A model generated the notes under the pieces. That model was not told the DNA's origin and ran no database searches. It was given only the letters and a program-made list of their open reading frames with translations. This document shows, in pieces, positions 51,701-63,093 of a stretch of 64,000 bases of DNA. Location: the NCBI GenBank assembly GCA_002269645.1, contig NIVC01001665.1:190095-254094 (forward strand), read 5' to 3'. The translations under genes were made by a program, and so were the position numbers. The DNA comes from Macrostomum lignano. Lineage: Eukaryota. The number at the start of each line of letters is the position of its first letter. Within the stretch, counting starts at the first letter, position 1.

Positions 51701-52726
51701 GTTGTCATGCGCCAAACCGGCAAGTACATAATCTGCGACCGAGGCAGCGAACGCAGTCGCATGCAAATCTTCACTAAATCGGGCCACTTCCTGCGCAAAA
51801 TCACCGTGCGCTACATAGACATAGTTGCCGGGCTGGCCATCAATAGCCAGAATCATATTGTGGCCGTGGACTCCGTGTCTCCAACCGTATTCGCCATCGC
51901 CGAGAATGGCGATCTAGTGAAGTGGTTCGACTGCTCTAGCTATATGCGCGAGCCGTCTGACATCGCTATCCAGGGTCGGGAGTATTTCATCTGCGATTTC
52001 AAGGGCCACTGCGTGTCAGTGTTTCAGGTAGGACTTCTATGCACTTTAATAAAGTCATTGTCACAGTTGACAGATGTGGACTAGGGGCTAGGGGGGGGGG
52101 AGGTCGCCACACACCCTCAATTTACTCATTTTACAGTTTCTAGATTTGTTCAAGGCCCTTTTTACAAACAAAGACAACAAACGATTTGTACTCACAGGTG
52201 GTCACCCATCCAAGTACTAACCAAACCCATCATTGCTTAACTTCGGTGATCAGACGAGAACCGGTGTTTTCAACGTGGTATTACCGTTCCCTGTAGTGCA
52301 CTTAGCTCATCTCAAACAGTGTGTTCATCTACGTACCTAACCGCGACCAAATTTGCTTAACTTCTAGATTTTATGACAATAGCACAATATCTGAGATTTA
52401 GTATAGTGAGACTAGCCGCCGCCCCCCCTCCCAATCCACAGGAGGACGGCGTGTTCCTTCGCCGCATCGGCTCCGAATCTGTCACTAATTTTCCTAACGG
52501 CATCGACATTAGCGACCATGGCGATGTTTTAGTTGGCGACTCGCATGGCAACAAATTCCACGTGGCCGTGTTTAATCGGCTCGGCCAGCTGACTTCCGAG
52601 TTCGAGTGTCCGGCCGTGAAAGTGTCCCGATGCTGCGGACTGAAAATCACTAGCGAAGGCTACGTTGTCACCCTAGCTAAGAACAATCATCACGTGCTGG
52701 TGCTGGATACGCTCTACATTAATTAG
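45719..52726 (+). CDS. mei-P26: TRIM-NHL protein, Mei-P26/NHL-2 orthologue. Exons 45719-46329, 47138-47414, 47501-47611, 48815-49042, 49930-50949, 51698-52027, 52442-52726; 953 aa
   Basis: Contains RING, two B-boxes, a coiled coil and NHL repeats. [43 protein letters not shown] and [29 protein letters not shown] are diagnostic of Mei-P26 rather than Brat. All introns are GT-AG and the phases sum to 2862 nt. Confidence 0.93.
46540..47010 (+). repeat. 23-bp minisatellite GGCCATAAACTGCCYTAAATATY (mei-P26 intron 1)
   Basis: Direct periodicity. Confidence 0.95.
47620..48790 (+). repeat. 33-bp minisatellite (CCTGCCCCAATGTACACTCACGCT...) with a 99-bp trimeric higher-order block (intron 3)
   Basis: The variant GTGTACACTC recurs at 48181, 48280, 48379, 48478 and 48577. 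Confidence 0.95.
49225..49830 (+). repeat. 21-bp minisatellite GTGAAATCTCCCTAAGTCA(A/T)T (intron 4)
   Basis: Direct periodicity. Confidence 0.95.
50960..51590 (+). repeat. 21-bp ATCTGGGAGGCTGGTAGCTTA array grading into 28-30-bp variants (intron 5)
   Basis: Starts about 10 bp after the splice donor. Confidence 0.95.
52187..52290 (-). rRNA. 5S rRNA-derived copy, probably a pseudogene with a diverged 3' end, in mei-P26 intron 6
   Basis: The minus strand reads ATACCACGTTGAAAACACCGGTTCTCGTCTGATCACCGAAGTTAAGCAA...GGTTAGTACTTGGATGGGTGACC. The final ~15 nt of 5S are not recognisable. Confidence 0.85.
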
Positions 52727-55700
52727 ACTGTTGGTCATTTAGTTTAGTTTGGCTTGTTTAGCAACAACAACAAACTGTTCATTCCCTGTGTGTGTGCGCT
52801 TGTTTTTTTGTAGTTCTCCTGTCTCATTCTCGCTCGTATCTCTTCCCAGTTTGGCAACACAATCGGTCGCTTTTTTGTTTCTATATATTATATCACAGAT
52901 GCTAGAATAACTAAATGAGCCACTCAGCAAATTTCGTGTAAACTACTTTCAGTTCAGTAGTAAGCTAAACAGAAGCATTTTAATGTATTTTTCAAGCCAA
53001 TCCTCCTTTATTGGCTCTTACCCCCCCCCCCCCGAACCTAAAACCACCTCCCGCCCCGCCCCAATTTTTATTGCCTTTCTCGGAATTCCAGCCCAAGAAA
53101 AGCTGTTATATATGTGCATTTCAGTGGACTGGCCAATGTACATTATTGCTGAACCAATTAGCAAGCAAGTTGTTTACGCCTGCAAGCTTGGCTTTTAAAC
53201 TTATCAAAGTCATTTCAGCTGCCTTTATTTTTTTATAAAATAGCTTATGTATTCTTTTTTTCTACTGAACTGAAAGTAGAAAGGAATTTTACTAAGTATA
53301 TATGTCTGTGTGGCCCATCTAGTTATTTTAGAATCTGTGTATTATACCCAGTTGGTTTTATTTTAATAATAATATATTATATTGCTTTTTTATTTATTGT
53401 TTTAGGCTATATCTCCCTGTTTAACTCCTTTGCTTGCTATCTAATTATTTTATTAGAGAAAAATATTACAAAATGACAGCATCCTACCTACATTAGATAA
53501 CAACTCTTATGAGTAAGCTAATTATGATTATTAATATTATTATTATTATTGTTATTTCATACAGTATGCTAACAGCTTGGCTTTGACTTTGTTCACCTTT
53601 TTTCTCTCAGCATAGTAGGTAAAAAGCTTATTTTTTAAAATAAATAATAGTTTAGCCAACCTTGTGCAATCGAATTATTAATAAATTTATGAATAATAAT
53701 GCTACTATTACTACTATTATTGTGTTTTAATTAGCTAATCCCAGTGCCCTACATTTTTAAGCACCTGTTTACCTTTCTTATAGTCTGTTTTTCATTTACC
53801 AATATCGCTACTACTACTATTATTTATAAGAGAGTAAATCTTTTTTTTTGTAATAATCTTTCAACCTCGCCACCTTTTGGTAACCGTTTTACACCAGCAT
53901 TAGGTTGTTGCTCTGTAGTGACTGACATCCTGTAATCTCCTTTATTCGATAATTGTATTTTCAAATTTTTAATGTACCCCACCCCCGTTACCTTAATCTG
54001 AACACAATGGACTATTTTTTATTAAGTAATATTTTATTTCAACTTTATCCAGATTTAAATATACTGGCTGGTGCAATAGCAAGTAACTAATGCCCTCATT
54101 ATTCAATTATTACTCCTATTAATAATTCATATTTATGATGTTTAGTGTCTGCAATGCAGATGTCTTGCCCGAGCCATCCCATCTCATCGGAGTGATATTA
54201 ATACCTATATACGCTTTTTTAATAATTATTTTTTAATCTTTGATACATGCTTTTTATTACTTACATTCTGTGGTTGGATAAGTAGTGCTGGATGAATCCT
54301 CTAATTCAAAATGAAACTTGGGGTCTCGCAAAAGTTTCTGGGCGACTGTTGGATAAGAAGATTTTAACTGGCTTCCAGGGCTAAAGAATGACATTGTGTC
54401 TGTTTTAATATTCCATTAATTCACTCAAAAGTCAAGTCACAATTTGGAAATTACTTGTGTAATTAATTTTTTTTAAGTCTGCGTTTATTATTTATTTCGA
54501 AATTAAACCATTATTCTACTATACTATGTATGCTACTTCCTAAATAGACGAACATCGTGTATTTTTTCTTTTTTTCATTTTTTCACTCGGTTTATTTTTG
54601 AAAAGTGTTCTGTTTTTATCCCAGCGTATTTTTGTTTATCAGCCTGGTTCTCCCGTTGCTCAAAGTTGATCAGCTCTTAGACTCAGCAGTAACCCCGGGT
54701 TCGCAAGTGCAGTTTATATGATTAGTAAAGTTGATTGACACTTTGCTGTGATGATTTACTTACACCAAGCTTTTAAAACTATTATACTTGCTGAACTTTG
54801 TCAATTATTTATCATTTGCAATCAGCGGCCGCACTTTTTTGTTCCATTTTTTTCTTAATTAAGAAAAGCAAAACAACTTTTTGGTCATTTATTATTATTA
54901 TTAAGTTTTTTGAGATTATTAATTAAGCAAAGGACAAACAACCGAATAGCTTTAGTTTTATATCTATTATTTGTGTATTAATAGGAACCATTTGTGTTTG
55001 TGTTTTTTCGTTATGCAATTTATCTTACCTAGGTAATTAGTTCTACACAGCGTGAGCAGGGGCTGCTGTTGTCCGGTCTATTTCTTCGTTATAAGCAACA
55101 GTTTTTTTCCTTAAAAATTTTAAAAAACCTTTTTTCTCTCTGTTTCAATACAATTTTAATACTTTTTACCGCCAAAAAAACATTGAGTTTAAATTAATTA
55201 ATATTAGCAAGTCTCCAAGCAGTTATTATTTATTTATTATTTGCCACACTATTCTGACCGACAGTTTACATTTTTAATCATTTTGAAGTTTAATCAATCA
55301 AAGTCTCAACTGTCTTCTGCCGCCCCCCCCCCCCTAAATTGAAGTTATTTTGTTATAATTCGCTGCAAATTTCAAATTGCTTGCAATCTGATAAAAAGGT
55401 TTAACTATTCATGTATTGTATTTGCGTGCTTCTTGCGGTAATGATAGTTTTCTGCCCTCCCGGGTCCCCCCTGTCTTTTGTCGCCAATTTTATAGCGAAA
55501 GATATTAGACAGCTTTAAATAGCCCAAAATGTGCTGGTTGGTTGTTCAACTATTTTGTCAGGGTAGAATTTTAGCGTAGATTAAATATAGAACTCATTTA
55601 TAGAGCAGGCTGTTCACTTTAACGTTACGTACATTATTTTTATACAAAATAATTTTAATAATAATAATATTAATAAACACCTACAGACACGGTTGCTACA

Positions 55701-55919
55701 TATTGCCGTTTTTTTCGTTTTTCTGGAATTAAAAAAATCTCTACCAAAAATGCGTTTCTAATTCCATTTTTGTTTATTCATTTTGACCAGCAAAACTCAT
55801 TTAGAATCAATCGGGTCTGGATTGGATAGACGTTGAACTTCTTCAAACTTGAGCACATGCAAGCGCGGCAGTACTGTACTCAGGCACGCACTCACACACA
55901 CGCTCACACATGGTGTGCA

Positions 55920-56400
55920 ATTATCCGATATGTATCGAAAGTAGCAATTTCTCTATCTATTATCCGATATGTATCGAAAGTAGCTATTTCTATATCTATT
56001 ATCCGATATGTATCCAAAGTAGCTATTTCTATATCCATTATCCGATATGTATCGAAAGTAGCTATTTCTATATCTATTATCCGATATGTATCAAAAGTAG
56101 CTATTTCTATATCTATTATCCGATATGTATCAAAAGTAGCTATTTCTATATCTATTATCCGATATGTATCGAAAGTAGCTATTTCTATATCTATTATCCG
56201 ATATGTATCGAAAGTAGCTATTTCTCTTTATCTATTATCCGATGTGTATCAAAAGTAGCTATTTCTATGTCTATTATCCGATATGTATCGAAAGTAGCTA
56301 TTTCTATATCTATTATCCGATATGTATCGAAAGTAGCTATTTCTATATCTATTATCCGATATGTATCGAAAGTAGCTATTACTATATCTATTATCTGATA
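55920..56400 (+). repeat. 39-bp minisatellite TATCCGATATGTATCGAAAGTAGCTATTTCTATATCTAT (~12 copies)
   Basis: Direct periodicity. Confidence 0.96.
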
Positions 56401-57159
56401 TTTATGTATTCTAAATGGACGATTTTTCAATTCTCTGGTACGCACCGAAAGTAGCTAATAGTTGCTAGCAGACTACTCGTTACCTTTTTGCCAGCATAGT
56501 AAGTAGTATAATCAAGAATATTGCAACATTTTTTCATATTGAATACTTAGTTGCATATTCATTAGATGGGCTATGTTACAGCTGATGAGTAGTTAACAGA
56601 CTGTTAAAGACAGGCTTTGAGAAAAGGATTTTGTGGGTAATTAGTTTTTAATAATGAATTTTTTCCTAAACTTATTACTTACTAGTGAGTAGGATATCGC
56701 TACAAGACGGCAGAAAAATCATTCTCAAATGGCAGTCAGGAACGAGAAAAGCTTTTTTAGTCAGCAAGCGAAGCGTGGATTTCAACTTTCTCGACGAAAA
56801 TTTTAAAATAAAAGCTTTCTTCTTAAGATTAAGCGGCTTTAAACTACGACACAAATAAAAAAGTTTTAGACAACGCCCACGTTTTTGTAGTTGTGAACTT
56901 GTCAATCAACCTTGGAGACTGTCGAGAGACCACCTGCTGACAATAGAGACAGTTACGGGCCATAGCATCGCAGCGCCTTTGTTGTCGCTGGGTCTCTGCT
57001 TGAAATGCAATTGGTATCCATGCCAACAAAGCAGAGTTAGATGGTAGAGTTAGAGGGAGGGGCAGGGGTTCCTTGTGTTAAATAACAGCGCCGAGATAAG
57101 CAGCGCGCTCTCGAAATTTCTTCACTGGCTAAATTCCGATTGAGAAAGAAAACGAGCCA

Positions 57160-59059
57160 ATGTCATCTTCTGCTTTTAGAGCTGTTGCGACACTGCTGAC
57201 TTGCGCTGGCTGCTGCTTGCCTTGGGTGATCGCGACTCAGACCGGCTACACTGACTTCAATTGTAAGTGGTGTTCTAATTATCCTTGCGTCTAAAATGAT
57301 CACGTATCATCCGTTAGACATCTGATTCATCTGTTAGACATCTGATTCATCTGTTAGACATCTGATTCATCTGTTAGACATCTGATTCATCTGTTAGACA
57401 TCTGAATCATCTGTTAGACATCTGATTTATCTGTTAGACATTTGAATCATCTGTTAGAAATCTTAATCATCTGTTAGACATCTGAATCATCTTTTACACA
57501 CCTGAAATCACCTGTTTGACCTAGGATAGGAAAAATTTCCTATATTAAAAGGCCCAGGCCTAAAAGGCAGACAATATCGATGGGAAATTTTCAGTTTACG
57601 TCCGTGACCCTCCCATCCCGACGGCATCCGCTGAGTATACCTTCTCGGACGGTCGCACCGTCGCTGAGTGCCTGATGCGATGCAAATTCAGCGCCTCTGT
57701 CAACTGCTACGCCACCGCCTTTCGGCAGGATCTCAACCGCTGCGTCTTCTCGGCAACTTGGTGCGCCAGATTTGACATCACTGCACCGTCGAGTTTCGTG
57801 TACAGGAAACGTCTGAGCAAGCCCGATTTTAGTGAGTTCTTATTGGACGATGCTTTGGTGGATTTGCCAAAAGCAAATCAGTCAGTGGACCGTGTCAGTG
57901 GACCGTGTCAGTGGTCTAGCGCGGCGCTCTGATATGTCTGTGGCCCAGGCTTGATAGTGCATTTAACTACCTTGAGAACCAACCCCCAAGGCACAGTGAA
58001 GTGTACATGCCTAACTATAAATAAAGTTAGGGCCGCTGTACACTCCTGTGTGTGTGTGTGCCTGTGGGTATGTCTAAGTACGTATCTGCGCGCTTGTGTG
58101 GCTGCTCAGGGGAGTCGACGGAATGGGCAGTAATGCCTCTCGCCGGTTGTGTGACAATGTCGCTCAAAGTGCGCCAGGCTGCACACAGGCCCTGCCTGTA
58201 AATTAGATGCTCGATTAGACTTAAGCTCAGTCGGTGAAGTGTTCGATTAAGATGACCAGGTCCAGTTCGCAACAGAGAACATCAATAGCTACAGTATTAA
58301 ATGCAGTGCATTTGTGTATAACTATAACTTATTAATCACTTCACGCAATCCATGCCGCAGATGTGTACGCCAGCGTTGGCAGTCGCAAGTTTCAAGTTAT
58401 CCAACAACGATCTAAAGGCTTTTTGAGCTTTGCTCAGTGCTGGGCCGACTACGAAAACGGATTCGGCGATGACAAAGACTTTTGGATTGGTAATGAGTCT
58501 ATAAAAATGTTTTTTAATAGCTGATTTAGTCTAGTGACTAGTGAGCCTGTGCCTTGGGGGGCTGGCCCTCTTGGCTGTGAATCGCACGAAAAACCCTCGA
58601 AGGCTTAAATAAACCGATCAGCCAATTTTTGTATTTCAAGGATTGCGCAAAATCAACGAACTGACTGGAAACACGCCGCGACGCCTCCGCATCGAGGCTG
58701 TAACTCGCGAGAACAAGCTTTACGTTGCCGAGTACTCCGACTTCTCAGTTGGCGACGCGTCAACAAATTACTTGATGACATTCAATTCGTATTTGTCTGG
58801 AAGCTCCAACACCAGCGGAGATTCGCTCAGCATCAATAAGGGAATGAAATTCTCTACTCTGGATAGGGACAACGATGACAATTCGGACAGTTGCTCCCGA
58901 GAGTCCTACGGCTATGCCGGCTGGTGGTTCGAGCAGTGCTCCGACAGCAACCCTAACGGGATCTACTCGGCTGAGTTTAACAGCAATTCGGCCATGCACT
59001 ATTGGGACGCCGACAAGAAAAAGGCGTTGAAAAGCATTCGACTCATGGTGGAGATTTGA
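57160..59059 (+). CDS. Secreted fibrinogen-related protein (FReD) with an N-terminal PAN/Apple-like domain. Exons 57160-57262, 57595-57831, 58361-58489, 58641-59059; 295 aa
   Basis: Signal-peptide-like exon 1; ECLMRC...CYA...RC pattern; fibrinogen motifs VIQQR, WADYENGFG..DFWIGL, GMKFSTLDRDND, GWWFEQCSDSNPNG. All introns are phase 1 and the total is 888 nt. Confidence 0.88.
57305..57500 (+). repeat. 20-bp minisatellite CATCTGTTAGACATCTGATT (FReD intron 1)
   Basis: Direct periodicity. Confidence 0.93.
57900..58205 (+). mobile_element. Second copy of the tRNA-derived SINE (FReD intron 2)
   Basis: Shares CCTTGAGA.CCAACCCCCAAGGC.CAGTGAAGTG and GGAATGGGCAGTAATGCCTCTCGC with the reverse complement of 42935-43292. 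Confidence 0.75.
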
Positions 59060-59134
59060 GTTTGTAGCTACGCTCGTACGAACCATGCAGAGCGAGTGTT
59101 GAGTCGTTTGACGTTTTATTAGATGAGACCATTT

Positions 59135-59625
59135 GGACGGTGTGGTGTCGTTTTCATTTGAGACGATGTGTCATTTTCATTTGAGACGGTGTGTGGTGTC
59201 ATTTTCATTTGAGACGGTGTGTGGTGTCATTTTCATTTGAGACGGTGTGTGGTGTCATTTTCATTTGAGACGGTGTGTGGTGTCATTTTCACTTGAGACG
59301 GTGTGTGGTGTCATTTTCATTTAAGACGCTTCTGGTTCAGTTGGGACGGTGTGGTGTCATTTTCATTTGAGACTCTTCTGGTTCAGTTGGGACGGTGTGG
59401 TATCATTTTCATTTGAGACTCTTCTGGTTCAGTTGGGACGGTGTGGTGTCATTTTCATTTGAGACTCTTCTGGTTCAGTTGGGACGGTGTGGTGTCATTT
59501 TCATTTGAGACTCTTCTGGTTCAGTTGGGACGGTGTGGTGTCATTTTCATTCGAGACGCTTCTGGTTCAGTTGGGACGGTGTGGTGTCATTTTCATTTGA
59601 GACGCTTCTGGTTCAGTTGGGACGT
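59135..59625 (+). repeat. Compound minisatellite: 28-bp unit expanding to a ~46-bp unit (GGTGTCATTTTCATTTGAGA core)
   Basis: Direct periodicity; lies just downstream of the FReD stop codon. Confidence 0.95.
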
Positions 59626-61584
59626 TGTGTGTGTGTGTGTGTGTGTGTGTAATTTTCATTTCAGATGGTTTGGGTTAGTTTAGGACGGTGTTATTTGGGA
59701 TAAATTGTTTTTTATTGCCGTAGCTACAGCTCATCCGAGATCCGATACCTATAGCTGAGATTGCATGGTTGTCATATCTAGACGAGACAGTTTTTGTCAT
59801 GTTTGTTATTAAATAATAATAAATAGAATATTTTTCTGTATTTTGTTCCTCATCTTTAAGCGCCGTAATTAATCTATTTAATCTTCTAATTATTTTATAA
59901 TATGTTGCAAGGTATAGAGCATCACATTTATACACGTACACGTAAAGAGTAAATTGCTTTTTAAATATTTTAAATGCTTTTCTTAAACGCTTTTTCCTCC
60001 ATTTGTTGTTTTCTTTAATAACAAATCTATTTGTCTTTTATAATTCATTAGAAATTGTGTCAAGAGCAGTAACTGCTTTTTTGTTTGTTTTAATTCTCAC
60101 ATATTTTTTCGAAAGTAACCTAAACTGTGTAACCTGTGTAACCTGTGTAAACTGTGTAACTGTGTAACTGTGTAACCTAATTAATTAAGGCTAACAATTT
60201 TAAATTTAATTTTACTGCATTGTGTTGAAATAACAAAGGGAACGACGTAAATGAATAATTTTATTTGTTTCTAACTTTGTTGTGCTGCAAACTATAAACT
60301 GAAGTGAAGAAGTTACAAAATCTATTTAATTATATTACGCAGCTATAAAACAAAAATTCTTGTTAACCGATTTATTTTATAGTTTGAAAAAAGTTAACAG
60401 TTATCTAATTTTCAAAACAGAAAAGTTTTTGTCTCTACGATAATAAGTCGTCAGAGATATTGTGTAACTTTAAAAAAATCTATTGAACTTAACTCATATA
60501 AACTAAAAATTACTATCTAATAACCATTTTATTAGAATGAACAATCTTTTATTATTTATAATTATTGAATCGGTTAAAGAAAGGCTTTTTGAGTTCTTTT
60601 TACTACATTTTTAAACTTCATAGCGAAAAATTATTTCTACTTCTCCCCTTTCACTCCTGTCAGATGGTCAGTTCACACTTCTTTTAAACTGGGTCGGTGC
60701 ACTAAGATAGTTTTTGGACAAACTGAATTGAATTAAACTTGTGACTCATAATACCTAATCAATCAGGGTACCAAGCTGCCAGTGTCTGTCGCTGATCTCT
60801 ATTGAAGTGCGCGTAAATCCGTAGATTTGTTACAACGAGCATCGAATTTTCTAATTGGATGAGCCCGAGAGGACCCACTCGACTCTGATTGGCTGAGCTC
60901 ATCGAATTCGTAACTAAAACTAATTTTAGTTGAATTAGGAAGCAAATTATTTAATAGCTATAGACTTTTCCTTAAAATTATAAATTCAGTAATTATAAAG
61001 AAAAATCCTTTGCTAGCCTATTAAGAGTGATGTAAAAGCGAAGAAGATGAGTACTCTTAGGTCTGATTATAAGTTCAAACAAAGTTCGTCCCTATCATAA
61101 ATTTAGTTCTTTTATCATTGAATCTGTGGTCCTTTGGGTTGTTACCAAAGTCAATTTAATCCTGGAAGCACAGCTCAGTGTCACTTAAGCCACAGACTGT
61201 CGTAGACGATCAACGATCGATATGTAATACCAACTTGATCTCAGTAGGCGGCTCAGTACTTCGCTGCAACCAAGCGAAAATCTGTTAGATTTAAAAAAAT
61301 AGATCTTCGTTGCGCCTATGCTGCACCTCCTCATCGCATCCTGACAAAACACAGGAAAATCCACAGGAATAAAATTTTACTTTCCTGAAAAGTTCAAGCT
61401 CTTGTACATGTACGAGGGCTGTCCCAAGTGAATTACGTTTCACTATATCTCTTGTTCTGTGCTGATCCAAATAATATTACTTTGCACAAATTCATAGCGG
61501 CAACTCTCTTCTTCATATTATCTTTAACATCATTAAAAACTGACAATGGAAACAAAAGTTATAAACTAAAATGTAGCAGGACCC

Positions 61585-61840
61585 ATGGAGGAAAGAGTAG
61601 AATGGATTGCTAATCTGAGCCAGTTATTTTTGTCTCGCTCGATCTTCACGTTTAACATATCCTTCCCCCCGTTCTTTCCTATTGGCTCGTGACTGCCATA
61701 GACGAAGTTAGTACGAGCTCGAATCAAAATATGCTTTCAGCCAATAGGAAGGAACGGGGGGGAAGGGATGTTAAAAGTTAAAATCGAGAGAGATAAAAAT
61801 AACTGGCTCAGTTTAGCACTCCATTCTACACCTTTTTCCA
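61585..61840. repeat. Foldback (imperfect palindrome, ~255 bp) inside the TIR element
   Basis: CTGAGCCAGTTATTTTT pairs with AAAAATAACTGGCTCAG, and CCTTCCCCCCGTTC.TTCCTATTGGCT pairs with AGCCAATAGGAAGGAACGGGGGGAAGG. Confidence 0.8.
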
Positions 61841-61932
61841 TTCTATTTTGGCAAACGTGCAATCAAGGTCAAAATCTTTTCATTCAATTCAGACAGTTAA
61901 TGGTAGTTCTTGGCCGGATGTGCATACAATTC

Positions 61933-63093
61933 CACAGAATATACACAGAATGCCAAATCGAGCGATTTCCATGAAGCCGAATTAAAATTCGTGTGCACTA
62001 CTCTTGTTGTGAAGTCTATGGCCAGTAGTATAAATTTGCGAAGAATAATTTATCAAAGTCTCGCAGGCAGTCAGAGATCCTACCTGGAGGACCAAATGTA
62101 AAAATTTATCATTTTTTCGTATTTTATCATCTAAACAAACCAAACACTCTGAAGAACTCCAGTTAAGCAGAATTCATTCGCATCACAGTTAAACTACAGT
62201 TAAACAGCATTTAATCGCATCAGCTTCTTCCTCTCTTCAGCTCTCTTTATTCCTGTCGTGCGCCCCCCCCCCGCTTTCTCTGCTGAGCGAGCGTCCTCTG
62301 ACTGTTGCACCAGTGATGCAGGCGAAGTCTGGCAAACAACTTGGCCATTGCCTTAGCACAGCGTTCGCCGTGATCCGAGCTGTGCGTCTGAATATTAGCA
62401 AGAACAATGGGAAAGAACTTTTCCTGAAGCCGTTTGCTCACGTCCTTCAGAACGAACAGCTCTTTGTCCGTTGTCGTGAAGGTGCGCTCCATCTGACAGA
62501 CTGCAGATATGACTGCCTTGTTGGGAATGATCAGATTTCCAGTCCCGCCCTGTCCGTTCTTGAGCTGCAGGAAGCGCATCTCTCCCGAGCCATCGCCTTT
62601 TAACGACTGCTGGCACTCCTCGCACTTTTCCTCAGATTTGAATAGCTTGAAAAGCAGCCAGCCTCCAATGTAGGCGCACTTCTCATTCTCAATGCTGCCG
62701 ACTGTGCCAGCAGGCAGGTCTTGAGCTTCCTCAGTGGAGTCTGCTGAAATCAGGCCATCGCCCTGCGGACCAGGACTGGGCGCACTTGCACTTGCTGTTA
62801 CTTTGGCCTGAAACTCGGTCAGCAAGGTGCTGCCATCGTTCTCGCAGTTGCTGTTAGTCTGCGATAGACAGTCCAACAAGTGGTTGACAGTGAATTTTCC
62901 AGCCATGCTGCGCAGAAAAGCGCAGACTGAACTTAGTTTTCATTTGAAAGCAAAGAATAAAAGTCGTTCTTAGAATAGTCTATGGCAAAAACTCAAGCCC
63001 TACTTATCAAAGCTTCACAACAAGAGTAGGCTGGTGTGATTTCAATTCTTGCACCGATTTTTTAAAAAAAAATGCTCGAATCGGCATTCTGTG
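61933..63093 (-). mobile_element. Internally deleted P-element-like transposon with an 8-bp TSD
   Basis: TACAATTC is duplicated at 61925-61932 and 63094-63101. Termini are CACAGAAT...ATTCTGTG, with an inner 17-bp inverted repeat CTACTCTTGTTGTGAAG. Confidence 0.8.
62247..62930 (-). pseudogene. C-terminal exon of a P-element (THAP9-like) transposase
   Basis: SNCEND...CAYIGGWLLFKL..KCEEC...GNLIIPNK..CQMERTF...LFARLRLHH. No catalytic core is present. Confidence 0.72.

Noticed and set aside
45719-52726. Calling the TRIM-NHL gene brat or lin-41
   Set aside because: The NHL motifs ([31 protein letters not shown]) and the presence of a RING fit Mei-P26/NHL-2; Brat has FTEPSGV and lacks a RING.
46540-59625. 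Regular 20-46-bp repeats as possible CRISPR arrays
   Set aside because: Units are head-to-tail with no unique spacers, there are no cas genes, and the context is eukaryotic introns and flanks.
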